A stretch of DNA of 64,000 bases. It comes from a virus (taxonomy: Duplodnaviria; Caudoviricetes). The DNA lies in IMG/VR virus record IMGVR_UViG_3300014208_000026, positions 193,182 through 257,181 of that record; one strand, 5' to 3'. Of this stretch, positions 18,260 through 27,700 are shown piece by piece; position 1 is the first letter of the stretch, and each line of letters starts with the position of its first letter. Made by a program: the position numbers and the translations under genes. Below the pieces are notes generated by a model. The model ran no database searches. It had not been told where the DNA came from and saw only the letters and a list, made by a program, of their open reading frames with translations.

Positions 18260-21200
18260 ATGGGTGTCAGCGATAAGACTAAGTTTTTCGACTATGACCT
18301 GCTCATTCCGAACACTACGGCTCAGGTTCGGGCTCCGGGGGACAGGTCATTTTCTCAGGTTGTGGTTCAGTCGGGTAAGTTGGTTCTCGACAGTGAGCTG
18401 AACCTTAGCCAGGACTTGGCCACGTTCACCCGCCAACTCCTTGCTGGGCAGTCTACGCCTTCTGGTTTCCTCATCAACTCGACCCATGCCGAGCAGTTTT
18501 CGAATTTCTCGTTCAGAGTTCCCAGCGACCCTGATTTTCTGCCAAACTCTTTCCACATGGACCGGAGAGAGGCGATTGTCGCAGGGTTCCCTATTGTCGT
18601 GGAATACACCCTCTCCGATACCCCGAACGACAATATCATCCCGCTCTCGGCGGCAACTCTTTACGATCCTTCCGGGGAGGTCAACCGCACGGACTTTGTG
18701 TTCCTCGAAGTCTGGCAGGCCCTGATTGCCCCATCCCCTCATGCTTTCGGGACCATTACGGTCAATACTCCTATCGTCGGGTCCGCGATTACGGTTGAGG
18801 GGCCGTTCCCAGGAACAACAACGTTCTCGGCAGTTGCGGCTCTCCCCGCCCCGAACGAGTTCGAAATTGGGGGAGATGATGTTGCTACTGCCGTCAATCT
18901 CGCAGCAGCTATCAATGCTTTCCCTGGTTTGTTGGTTTATGCCAAAGCCGCGGGTGATGTGGTTTACGTGATCGCGATTGACGGAGGGGCTGCGGGGAAC
19001 CTTTTCAATTTCTCCTCTGCTGATCCTGTTACACTCATTCCCGACCCCGTAGGCGGGTTCCTGGCTGGTGGCGTCGACATGCCCAACAAGCCGGACCAAA
19101 CACACCTTTACCGGCACGGTAACGTATATTCTTCGTCGTCGGTTGCTTTGGGTGATGATCTAATCGACCCCACGATAGCTAGGGAGACGGCTCAACGGGT
19201 TCAGGTCCAGTATCGGATTCGAGCTACGGGCTCTTTTGAGGCAGTCAACTTTAAGACTCAGATGGACGGGTTTTCTTCTGGGGTTCTGGCTCAGGGTTCG
19301 CAGGTTGGAGGAACTGTAGCGGGTTATCCTTTTGTCCCTGCAGATGGTTCCACGGTGAGTGGAAATTCCAGTGCTGTGGCCTATGGGACAGTAGATACAG
19401 GCCTTTGGATTGCAGGGAATGGGACCGATACTGCAGCAGCCGCGCTAGGGACGGTAGATGGTTTTGTTTATGCAATCCCTATGGCTTTCGTGTTTCGGCA
19501 CAATGACGCTTCGACTCCGCTGGTCAACCAGGGTTGGGGTCCTGTCAGCAACGCTAATGGTGCTCCTGTCTCCAATCACGGTGGGTACACGGGGGCGGAG
19601 ACGGGTTGGCTTGTCCCTCCTGCGACGTCCGACCGGCCGGACGGTGCTTTCTGTGATGCCATTTCCGAGACAATGGTGCTGGACCTTCGGCGCCACGTGA
19701 GCCCTGTTGGGTTCGATTTCAAGGCCGTTCTGCACCAGCAGTTCCAGTCCCTCATGGACGGGTCTTTCAGGACTTGGGCTATCAACACACAGGATAAGCA
19801 GGAGTTGGGGCTTTCGGGGGACGTGTCTACCAAGTTCCTGGTTTGTAATGAGGTTGGTCGTGGTGCAGAGGGTGGTGCGGGGGACAGTTTCGTCGGGGAT
19901 ACCCCCCGCGGAGTGACAATAGGACAGTTTGATCATATCCGACGCCGTTTTGCCGATCAGGCGGTTGTCGAGCGGGCGGTGTTTGCTTTCTATCCTACTG
20001 ACCTGTGGGTTGCGAATCCTGGTAAGTACGTGAGCGGAGCGGCTCCCTGGTGGCAAGAAGATTCGACGTTGGTGCTAGATCTGGACCATTTCAACGTGAC
20101 CGGTCAGGGCGGTGTCTTTCACGGGTTGGCCCCGAGTGACACCTCTACAGAGGTATTCACGGACGTGTGCCCTCCCGGTACTCGCATCACGGATCTTTTG
20201 TCCATTTACCACGATGATGGTAACTGGAATCTGGTTGGCGGTTTCCCTGTAGACCAGACAGTTCAGATCAAGACCGCTACTGGACTAGGAACTCCGAAGC
20301 TCGAAGTGGTTCTGGATTTCAATGACACCCCTATGACCGGTGGTTTGAATGTTGCTCCCTATGGGGTTGTCGATGGGGTTCTTGGGGATGCTCATTCTAC
20401 TCGACGTATTTTCATGGAAGTTGAGATTACCTACCCTCTCGGAGTAGGTTTGACCGACACTCCGACTCAGGAAGTCGTCCCTACAGTTATTCCGGGCGTG
20501 GCTTGGGAAGAAGGGCCCCTTGTGCAGAATGACGTGGGCCAACGTCCTGCCGACATGTATGACCCGACAGGAGGTATTAATTACCAGCCCCTGCCTCCAG
20601 CTTTCAGAGAGGGCTACAGAGAAACGGATCTGGAGTATGTAGCTTCGTTAGAGGGAAGCCCCGCAGATCGAGTTGTGGATCAGATCGTGAGCCGAGATCC
20701 GCTCAGTCTGGTGTTCCCTCGTCGTCTATGGTCTTGGGGCCCTGCTATCCAGGACTTGGAAGATATGGACTTCAGGGCTGCTGACACGGCAAACTGTGAG
20801 TATGGCTCAAGTTCCCGTTTGGTTGCGGTAGATGCGGGAGGTCTTAACGGTCCTCTCAGCGGGGCAGGCCAGACTCTCTGTTCTGTCGCTTACTACGCCC
20901 AGGACGCCATTCCGAATTATGGGCTTTCAGGCTATCAGGTTTCGGTATACTTCAGGGCCAATGCCCCTCAAACTTTCGGGACGAAGGCCGGAGTGTTGTC
21001 TGACCCTGTGAACGGGACCCTGCCTGTGACGCTGACGGTTGAGCCCCTGGCTATGTCTGAGTCTCTGTGGACGGGACAGGTCGGCAAGGGGTCCCAGGAC
21101 CTGCCGTATCCCTATGTTTCTCCGTTGGACCAGATCCCACACTATGACGGGATGGTTCCTGCTATTGCAGAAGAGTGGTTCTACTGTGCTACGGCGATGA

Positions 21201-21640
21201 TCTCCGTGGCAGATTTCAATGCGGACGTGGGTCTTCTGTCCTTGCATCCTTTCGTTCAAGCGGACGGATCTAGTGAGATCGCTTTCGGCGGGGGCGTAGC
21301 TCCCTTGCGAGATGCCGAATTCCGGTCCCTGTATCGGGTGGTTGATACTAATACCTATCGCCCGACTATTATGGCCCAGCCTTTGGCTGGATCGGTTCGC
21401 CACAAGGTGTTTTTCCCCTTCTTGGCTCGCATCCCCGAGGACGTGAAAAACGCTAACGGGGGGATTTCGTGGCGATCGGGTGAGTTGGTGTTAATCGTCA
21501 TTTCCCGTTTGGCGGAGCTGGACGACCAGAACACCATTCGGTTCCTCGACCTGAACAACCGGACTTGTGCGGCCGTTTATCGTACACGGAATCTGTTGCT
21601 GACAGTGGGTAAAGGTTTGAACTTGCCTATGCCGGTGTAG
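18260..21640 (+). CDS. Large tail-associated protein (DUF6519-like N-terminus), paralogue of 45468-51008
   Basis: DRSFSQVVVQSGKLVLDSELN; FVFLEVW; ETAQRVQVQYRIR; GTVDGFVYAIP; RPDG..LDLRR. Confidence 0.65.
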   Translation: MGVSDKTKFFDYDLLIPNTTAQVRAPGDRSFSQVVVQSGKLVLDSELNLSQDLATFTRQLLAGQSTPSGFLINSTHAEQFSNFSFRVPSDPDFLPNSFHMDRREAIVAGFPIVVEYTLSDTPNDNIIPLSAATLYDPSGEVNRTDFVFLEVWQALIAPSPHAFGTITVNTPIVGSAITVEGPFPGTTTFSAVAALPAPNEFEIGGDDVATAVNLAAAINAFPGLLVYAKAAGDVVYVIAIDGGAAGNLFNFSSADPVTLIPDPVGGFLAGGVDMPNKPDQTHLYRHGNVYSSSSVALGDDLIDPTIARETAQRVQVQYRIRATGSFEAVNFKTQMDGFSSGVLAQGSQVGGTVAGYPFVPADGSTVSGNSSAVAYGTVDTGLWIAGNGTDTAAAALGTVDGFVYAIPMAFVFRHNDASTPLVNQGWGPVSNANGAPVSNHGGYTGAETGWLVPPATSDRPDGAFCDAISETMVLDLRRHVSPVGFDFKAVLHQQFQSLMDGSFRTWAINTQDKQELGLSGDVSTKFLVCNEVGRGAEGGAGDSFVGDTPRGVTIGQFDHIRRRFADQAVVERAVFAFYPTDLWVANPGKYVSGAAPWWQEDSTLVLDLDHFNVTGQGGVFHGLAPSDTSTEVFTDVCPPGTRITDLLSIYHDDGNWNLVGGFPVDQTVQIKTATGLGTPKLEVVLDFNDTPMTGGLNVAPYGVVDGVLGDAHSTRRIFMEVEITYPLGVGLTDTPTQEVVPTVIPGVAWEEGPLVQNDVGQRPADMYDPTGGINYQPLPPAFREGYRETDLEYVASLEGSPADRVVDQIVSRDPLSLVFPRRLWSWGPAIQDLEDMDFRAADTANCEYGSSSRLVAVDAGGLNGPLSGAGQTLCSVAYYAQDAIPNYGLSGYQVSVYFRANAPQTFGTKAGVLSDPVNGTLPVTLTVEPLAMSESLWTGQVGKGSQDLPYPYVSPLDQIPHYDGMVPAIAEEWFYCATAMISVADFNADVGLLSLHPFVQADGSSEIAFGGGVAPLRDAEFRSLYRVVDTNTYRPTIMAQPLAGSVRHKVFFPFLARIPEDVKNANGGISWRSGELVLIVISRLAELDDQNTIRFLDLNNRTCAAVYRTRNLLLTVGKGLNLPMPV

Positions 21641-21651
21641 GGAGATAGGGC

Positions 21652-24600
21652 ATGCCTAGGTCAATCAATCCTGGTTCGCTACAAGTCGGGTCTGGCACTC
21701 TGCGCCCCGACCCTTTGAATCTCAGTTTGTCCTCCGGAGCTTTGGGCGGGACTCTGCCTTTCCTGTCTGGCGGGGGGCTGCAAGGTCTGGATGTTCATGT
21801 GCATGACCCAAAAGGGGCTCATCCTGCGTCGGCTATTTCGGTGGATGAGTATCCCCCGCTGTTCTTTGCCAAGAACGTAGAGGATGCTCTGGACGAACTG
21901 GCGGCCCTCATTCCGCCTCGTCCCGCAGGAGTTGGTTTCTGGAACACTACCATTACGCCCTATTACAACAGCCTCCCCGATTGGGGCAGTTTGAAAGAGG
22001 CGGACGCCCCGTTGACGGTGCGGGACCCTGGTTCTTTTCCTACGTGGCTAACTACTACGCCGGATGAGATCTACCCTTACTACTGGATTCAACCCTCTCC
22101 TGCAAACGTGACTCCGCCGTTCAACCCGTTGGGTAGCGATCCGGATTCGGATTTGACGTTCAACGTTGCGGATGGGGTTTACACGGGTGGTGGCTCGGGG
22201 CAGTGTTTCATCGGGGCCTTTACAAGGGGCAACCCCGGACCCGTGGTGCAGACCGTTCGCATCACGACCCGGGATTTGATTCCTACTGCTTGGCCTGTTG
22301 TTGTGTCTGGTACCGTGTCTCCGGCTGATCGGGGAGTTCTCGCTCTCTTGTACTGGCCTTTCGGGGCAACAGTTCCGGCTGATTTCACTAACCAGAACCT
22401 GGAGGACAGGGTTATTGCGGCCATACTGTTAGGGCAAGGGATCGACCACAAAGAGGGATCGACGGATTGCGACGGAGGTCCTGGCGGGATTTTCTCGATG
22501 GGGGAAACGTCGGGGGAGTATGATCCTTTTGCATTCCCTGGTCAGGCTTCGGGCCAGTATGACCTGTCGGAACTCACGGCTTTGGACCCCGCCGCCGGTC
22601 AGGTGCGTTTGGGAATAGACCCGAATGCGGAGCCTACGGGAATCACTATCCCTGGAGGTTTTCCTGTTCTGGGGGCTTCGGCCATTTCTGCCGGAGGCGG
22701 GGACGATAACAACTTTTTCCGTTACCGTCTGCCCTACCTGAAAAATTACTCCGCTCTGAAGTGGACGCCTGCGGTTGAGCAGACCCGCTACTTTGCAAAG
22801 CCCCCAGTGTCGTTGAACCCTGGAACGGATTTGGCACAGGCAGGGGATTTCTCTAATTTCGATGCCGACTACCGGACGTTCCAGGTTGCTCGATACCGGC
22901 ACCGTTTCGAGCTTCCAAATACCGCTATTGCGGGAGACATGGAGGACGCTGGGACGGTGATCCTGGTCCATTTCAAGAAAGAAGCAGACTTCGAGTCCTA
23001 CGTTGCCTATGGCACCATGCCCGGACCTCTGACGTACAGCGTCTACAGTGCCTCGCAGGTCTCCGGTACTGTTCCGCCTGAGTTGGACAACGTCGAGGAC
23101 TCAGTGACGAATCTCGCCGCTGTGCCTTATCATGTTTTGCGGTCTGACATCGTGAATGACCCGGACGGTGCCACGGAACCAGCGACTATACTCACGACTG
23201 CGACCTATGACGGTGTGGACAAAATGTGGGTGTCTGGTATTGAGTACTTTACCCCGACCGACACCCTGGGAAACCTGACTTTCACCATTTCTGATGCCTA
23301 CCTAGAAATGCAGAATTTCTATAACCGGACTTACCTGTTGTCCCCTCTGACAACGGTACTGCATACCGCCTATCCTGTAACTTTCGGCGTTGCACCTTTT
23401 GCTTACGAGGTCGGAAACGTCAACGTTTCTGGTGGTATTCTCTCAACAGTGCAAGAACGTCAAAGGATTGAAGTTACTTTTGAAACTATGGGCGGGTCTA
23501 TGTTGGCAGGACCCCAGCCCGCCGATTGGGCTTATGTGGACTGGACCGGAGAAACCGTTACTTTCAACGGAGACCTGAATTCCCCCAGTTTCTCCAGTAA
23601 CGCTTTGGCCCGTTTTTTCATCCGCAGGCCTCTCGGTCAGGCTTTGGTCGGGACTGCTGTAATGCCTGCGGCAACTAACGGGTCTGTAGCCGTGAACCAG
23701 GACGCGGGGAACCCCATTGTCCTGTATCACTCTACGGTCCAGCCTGCTCCAGTTTACGGCAACTTTGTGTTCCCTCCTGGCGGACCCGCTCTCCCCACTT
23801 TGGAGACTTCTCTGAAGGACACCGAAGAGAGGTTCCTCGATGAAGTGTACCGGTACTGCTCCGACTGGAGCGGCTCCGGCGGGGTAGACCCCACAATTAC
23901 GGCCGAACTCTTGGGTCCTGGCATCTCGAATTTCAGCGCCATTCCGGTTCCGGTTAGGGCTGGAACCGCGGTCGATGCAGACTTTTCGCTTGTGTCTTAT
24001 CTTCAGCAGGGGTTCTATGCTCTGACTCTGGTGGGAACGCCCGAGTTGCAGGTTGCAGGGCTCCCTGACCGGAATCCCTACCTGACTGAAGGGGTTATAT
24101 CTCCGTTCCCGTCGGCGGGCGTGCTCCTATACCCCAAGACGGACTATTCGGGAGGAGGGGTGGATTATAACCCTGTGGGGTTGGATTACTCTGGTTGTAG
24201 CGGGGACCGTGAGTACGTCAGAGCTTTCGACGCTGCTTTCTCTCAGAGCGGTACTCCGGTGGCTGCTGCGGGTCAGCCCTTTGTGACGTTCCGCATCGAC
24301 GGAATCAAGCGGGAGGATTTCGCTTACGTAGCCCCTGGTCCCGGCTCCTATCACTTGTCAGGTGTTGCTATTTTCGTGAAGGTGCCGGGGCTCACGACCT
24401 GGATGGATATCGGTCGGGCGGATGGCAGTGGGCCTAGCAAACAGGACCCGTTCCTGGACGGGGCTGGTTGTGCCGTGATCGGGACTGGGACCCGTGATGG
24501 GGTAGACAGTTTTACGGGGCAGGTTTACACACAGGTCAAGATAAACGTGGGGCCGGTTGCCAATCTGGCCGTGGGGGAGGGGGACGAGGTTCCGGTTCTC

Positions 24601-24780
24601 GTGAAGGTGCTGATGCGGGATCCTTCCACTATGGCAGACCCCACTTTGACTCCCCTGTACTATGACTTTGACCACGAGTCCGTTGGGGGTCCAGGGTTTG
24701 TCAATCCCCCGAGTACGGGACCGTTGCTGTCCCCTGGTGTAATTCGCGGGATTATCGGGATCAAGCTAGAGCGGCCCTAA
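21652..24780 (+). CDS. Large virion structural protein (1042 aa)
   Basis: HVHDPKGAHPASAIS..NVEDALDEL fibre-type motif; operon context. Confidence 0.65.
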   Translation: MPRSINPGSLQVGSGTLRPDPLNLSLSSGALGGTLPFLSGGGLQGLDVHVHDPKGAHPASAISVDEYPPLFFAKNVEDALDELAALIPPRPAGVGFWNTTITPYYNSLPDWGSLKEADAPLTVRDPGSFPTWLTTTPDEIYPYYWIQPSPANVTPPFNPLGSDPDSDLTFNVADGVYTGGGSGQCFIGAFTRGNPGPVVQTVRITTRDLIPTAWPVVVSGTVSPADRGVLALLYWPFGATVPADFTNQNLEDRVIAAILLGQGIDHKEGSTDCDGGPGGIFSMGETSGEYDPFAFPGQASGQYDLSELTALDPAAGQVRLGIDPNAEPTGITIPGGFPVLGASAISAGGGDDNNFFRYRLPYLKNYSALKWTPAVEQTRYFAKPPVSLNPGTDLAQAGDFSNFDADYRTFQVARYRHRFELPNTAIAGDMEDAGTVILVHFKKEADFESYVAYGTMPGPLTYSVYSASQVSGTVPPELDNVEDSVTNLAAVPYHVLRSDIVNDPDGATEPATILTTATYDGVDKMWVSGIEYFTPTDTLGNLTFTISDAYLEMQNFYNRTYLLSPLTTVLHTAYPVTFGVAPFAYEVGNVNVSGGILSTVQERQRIEVTFETMGGSMLAGPQPADWAYVDWTGETVTFNGDLNSPSFSSNALARFFIRRPLGQALVGTAVMPAATNGSVAVNQDAGNPIVLYHSTVQPAPVYGNFVFPPGGPALPTLETSLKDTEERFLDEVYRYCSDWSGSGGVDPTITAELLGPGISNFSAIPVPVRAGTAVDADFSLVSYLQQGFYALTLVGTPELQVAGLPDRNPYLTEGVISPFPSAGVLLYPKTDYSGGGVDYNPVGLDYSGCSGDREYVRAFDAAFSQSGTPVAAAGQPFVTFRIDGIKREDFAYVAPGPGSYHLSGVAIFVKVPGLTTWMDIGRADGSGPSKQDPFLDGAGCAVIGTGTRDGVDSFTGQVYTQVKINVGPVANLAVGEGDEVPVLVKVLMRDPSTMADPTLTPLYYDFDHESVGGPGFVNPPSTGPLLSPGVIRGIIGIKLERP

Positions 24781-24794
24781 GTAAGGAGAGACGA

Positions 24795-27700
24795 ATGACA
24801 ACGGTTCCGAACGACACTTTGGGTGCAAGTCGAGACACGACACCGACCACGCCGACCAGGGACCCGTGGCAAGAAATGATGGAGAGGTTTTCTCCGGTTC
24901 CGGCGTCGAAGATGGTGCAGGCCGCTGAAGTCATTCAGGGGCTGGCCGGATCGTGGGCTAATAGTTATGTTCTCGGTTCCGGTTCGATCATGGACGACAA
25001 TCGGGCTCAGGAGCCCGGGGCTCCGAGTCAGGTCCAGGCCGTGCTCAACACCCTGGGTCTGCCTGGAATGCCCGAGATCAATTTTGCTCCCTATGCCCAT
25101 AGGACCAATCGCATGGGGTCTAAGGGCGGTTCCCTCATCGGGCACCCGATCTCTTTCTCTGTTGTCGGACCTACGCTGAAAAACCCGAGAACCAACTGGC
25201 AGTGGGTTATCACGGACAATAGCGGGTCGGCTAATGGAGACGTTCTCCAGTTGGATTCTGTAGAGACGTTCAACCTGGACCCAACCATGGCTCCAGGGGC
25301 TTTCGCTAAAACGTTGGAAGACTGTTATGGGTTTGCCAATCTGGCGGGGTTCCAAGGGGGCTTGTACGTCACGATCACGCAGACCGGTGCTCCGGTGACT
25401 TTGACGGGGGATGTTTATAACACGGCTGGCGGTATGGGCGACGGGCCTCTCAACACTGCACTCAATCGTGAGCCTCTGGTCCCGAAGACCTCCTACTCTA
25501 AGTCGGAGATTTTCAGGGTGATCGCAATGGACGACACCCCGGGGAATCACACCCTTACGCTCGATCCGAACAAGAGGCTGGCGGACTATTTCATCATCCC
25601 TGCGTTCCCTGACAATCCGGCTATTCGCGGTATCACGCTCCTGAAGCCCGAGGCTACCCGTTGTCTGGCGATTCCTGATTCTGGAGATAAGACTTTCGAG
25701 AAAGCTTTCATCATTGTGTCTCCCGAGCGGGCTCTGAATGCTGATAACTTGTACCCGCACTATGATTGGATTGATCCCGCTTTCCAGGAAGACGGGCTTC
25801 CTTTTATTTCTGCTGGATTGGTAGCTTACTACTCTTTGCCGCCGCACCTTCCGGTTCCGAGGTCGGTTGCGGTTATTGAAGGCCGTTTGTGGGGTGAGTC
25901 ATTAGACGCCCCTTCTATCGCTGACCTGTCTGCCCGTATGTCAGTGGTTCTGGACGAGACTCTTTTGAGCAATCCTGGTGATTGGGCGGGGAAAATTATT
26001 CAGATTCGAGAGGTTAAGGTCAGAGGGAGCGCAAAGCTAACTATTGACCCAGGTACAGGTTGGCAAGCGGACCTGAAATCTCTGGTCGGTTGGTTTGAGG
26101 TCCTTTCCTGGACGGGGGCCGATAGCAAATACATTGTCCGTCGTATCGATGAGACAGATCCGGTTACGGGCAGAGCCTATTTTTACCCATCCCAGGCTTT
26201 CGAACTCGACCAGACAGTTCCTCCGGTGGCTGGAGACGGGATTGATCTCGCGATCACGGTCCATGAGCCGATTTCTTCCCTCTGGTCTTCTTCCTACTTT
26301 GATTATGATGCGGTGGACTCGGCCCGTTTGACCAATATCATCGACCCGAAGTGGTCGCCCAGGGCTCTCAAGTCCAGCGGGGCTTTTCCGGGAACTAGGC
26401 CTAATAGGGCGGACCGTTCTGTGTTCGACACTGAGGGAGATTCGGGGACGGGGCTGTATGCCAATCCTGGTAGTATGGCCGACCTCGGGTTCCGGATGGT
26501 GTTGTTCCCTGCGACTATTGATGCGGTGACGGGGTCCATCATTCCCGATTGGAGTAGGCCGGTTACTTCGAATGAGGTTGTGCTCGACCCCGCTATCACG
26601 ACGGAGAAGCAGTGGGTCGAGATCGACTATGCCAACGGCATGATTCGTCTTTCGCATGCTCCTGCACGGACGGGGGCGCTGTGGCCGGGAGACCCTGGTG
26701 TTTTCACACACCCTACGGAAAATCCTCGTGGAGAACTCGTCATTTTCTGTTCTTGTGTGCCCTACTCTATGGAAGAGGGACAACTCGGGGGTGGTACGAG
26801 AGTTACGGGGTCCACGACGCTGGAGGGGATCTCTATGCCCCTCGGGGCAGGCCAGACCACGGAAATGGTTGACGTCTACGGGGAGCGGGTCGTAGTCCCC
26901 GTAGCGGCCCATGATATCCCCTCGTCGAATGGGTACACGGGTGCTGCGGCTTCGTTCATTCAGTTGGTCGGTTCGGTAGCTTCTCAGATTCCGGCCACAG
27001 GGTTCGTGGAGATCCTGGCAGGGCAGAATGCCGCGGGGGATCCGGTCTTTGCGGATTTGACCGTACGGGCTTCTACCTGGGGGTACAACGGGGTTACGGA
27101 GGACGGGACCTATACTTACCTGAATAACATTTACGGTGGGGCACGGTACGCAGGTCCCGACACTGTAGCTGTCGCTACTGCGGATACTCACGTTGCTGTT
27201 TTCCGGAAGCAGGTGAGCTTGCCTTCTCAGGAGAACGGTCGGACCCTCGTCGACTACCAGCACGACACTACGTATGGTTCTGCGAAGCGTCCGAAGGTGC
27301 TTCGGTTCGAGGATGCAGAGCCGGTCGCTAACGTGGACGGTTCGGTTACGATCAAGCCTCGGCAGACCTTGCCCCTGAGTCAGGTTGAGCTGTTCAATGA
27401 CCTGTTCTCTTCCTGGTTGCTTGAGGGCGGGACTCTAGGGACTCCCGCACTGGTGGGGGCTGATTGGGTTATACCCTATACTGCTTCGGTCGTTCTCTGG
27501 AAAGGTCGACGGTATGCTTTGCCGAAGGGGGAGATCCATCTTCCGGCGGCGGCTACTACGGTGTACCTGTACATCGGGGATACGGCTGGGATTTACCCCG
27601 CGTGGAATTATGCTGCAACGCTCCCTCTGGGAGACTACGATCATATCCTCATGCATCGGGTGGATACTACGGTTCTCGCCCCTATCGGGGTTCGCGTAGA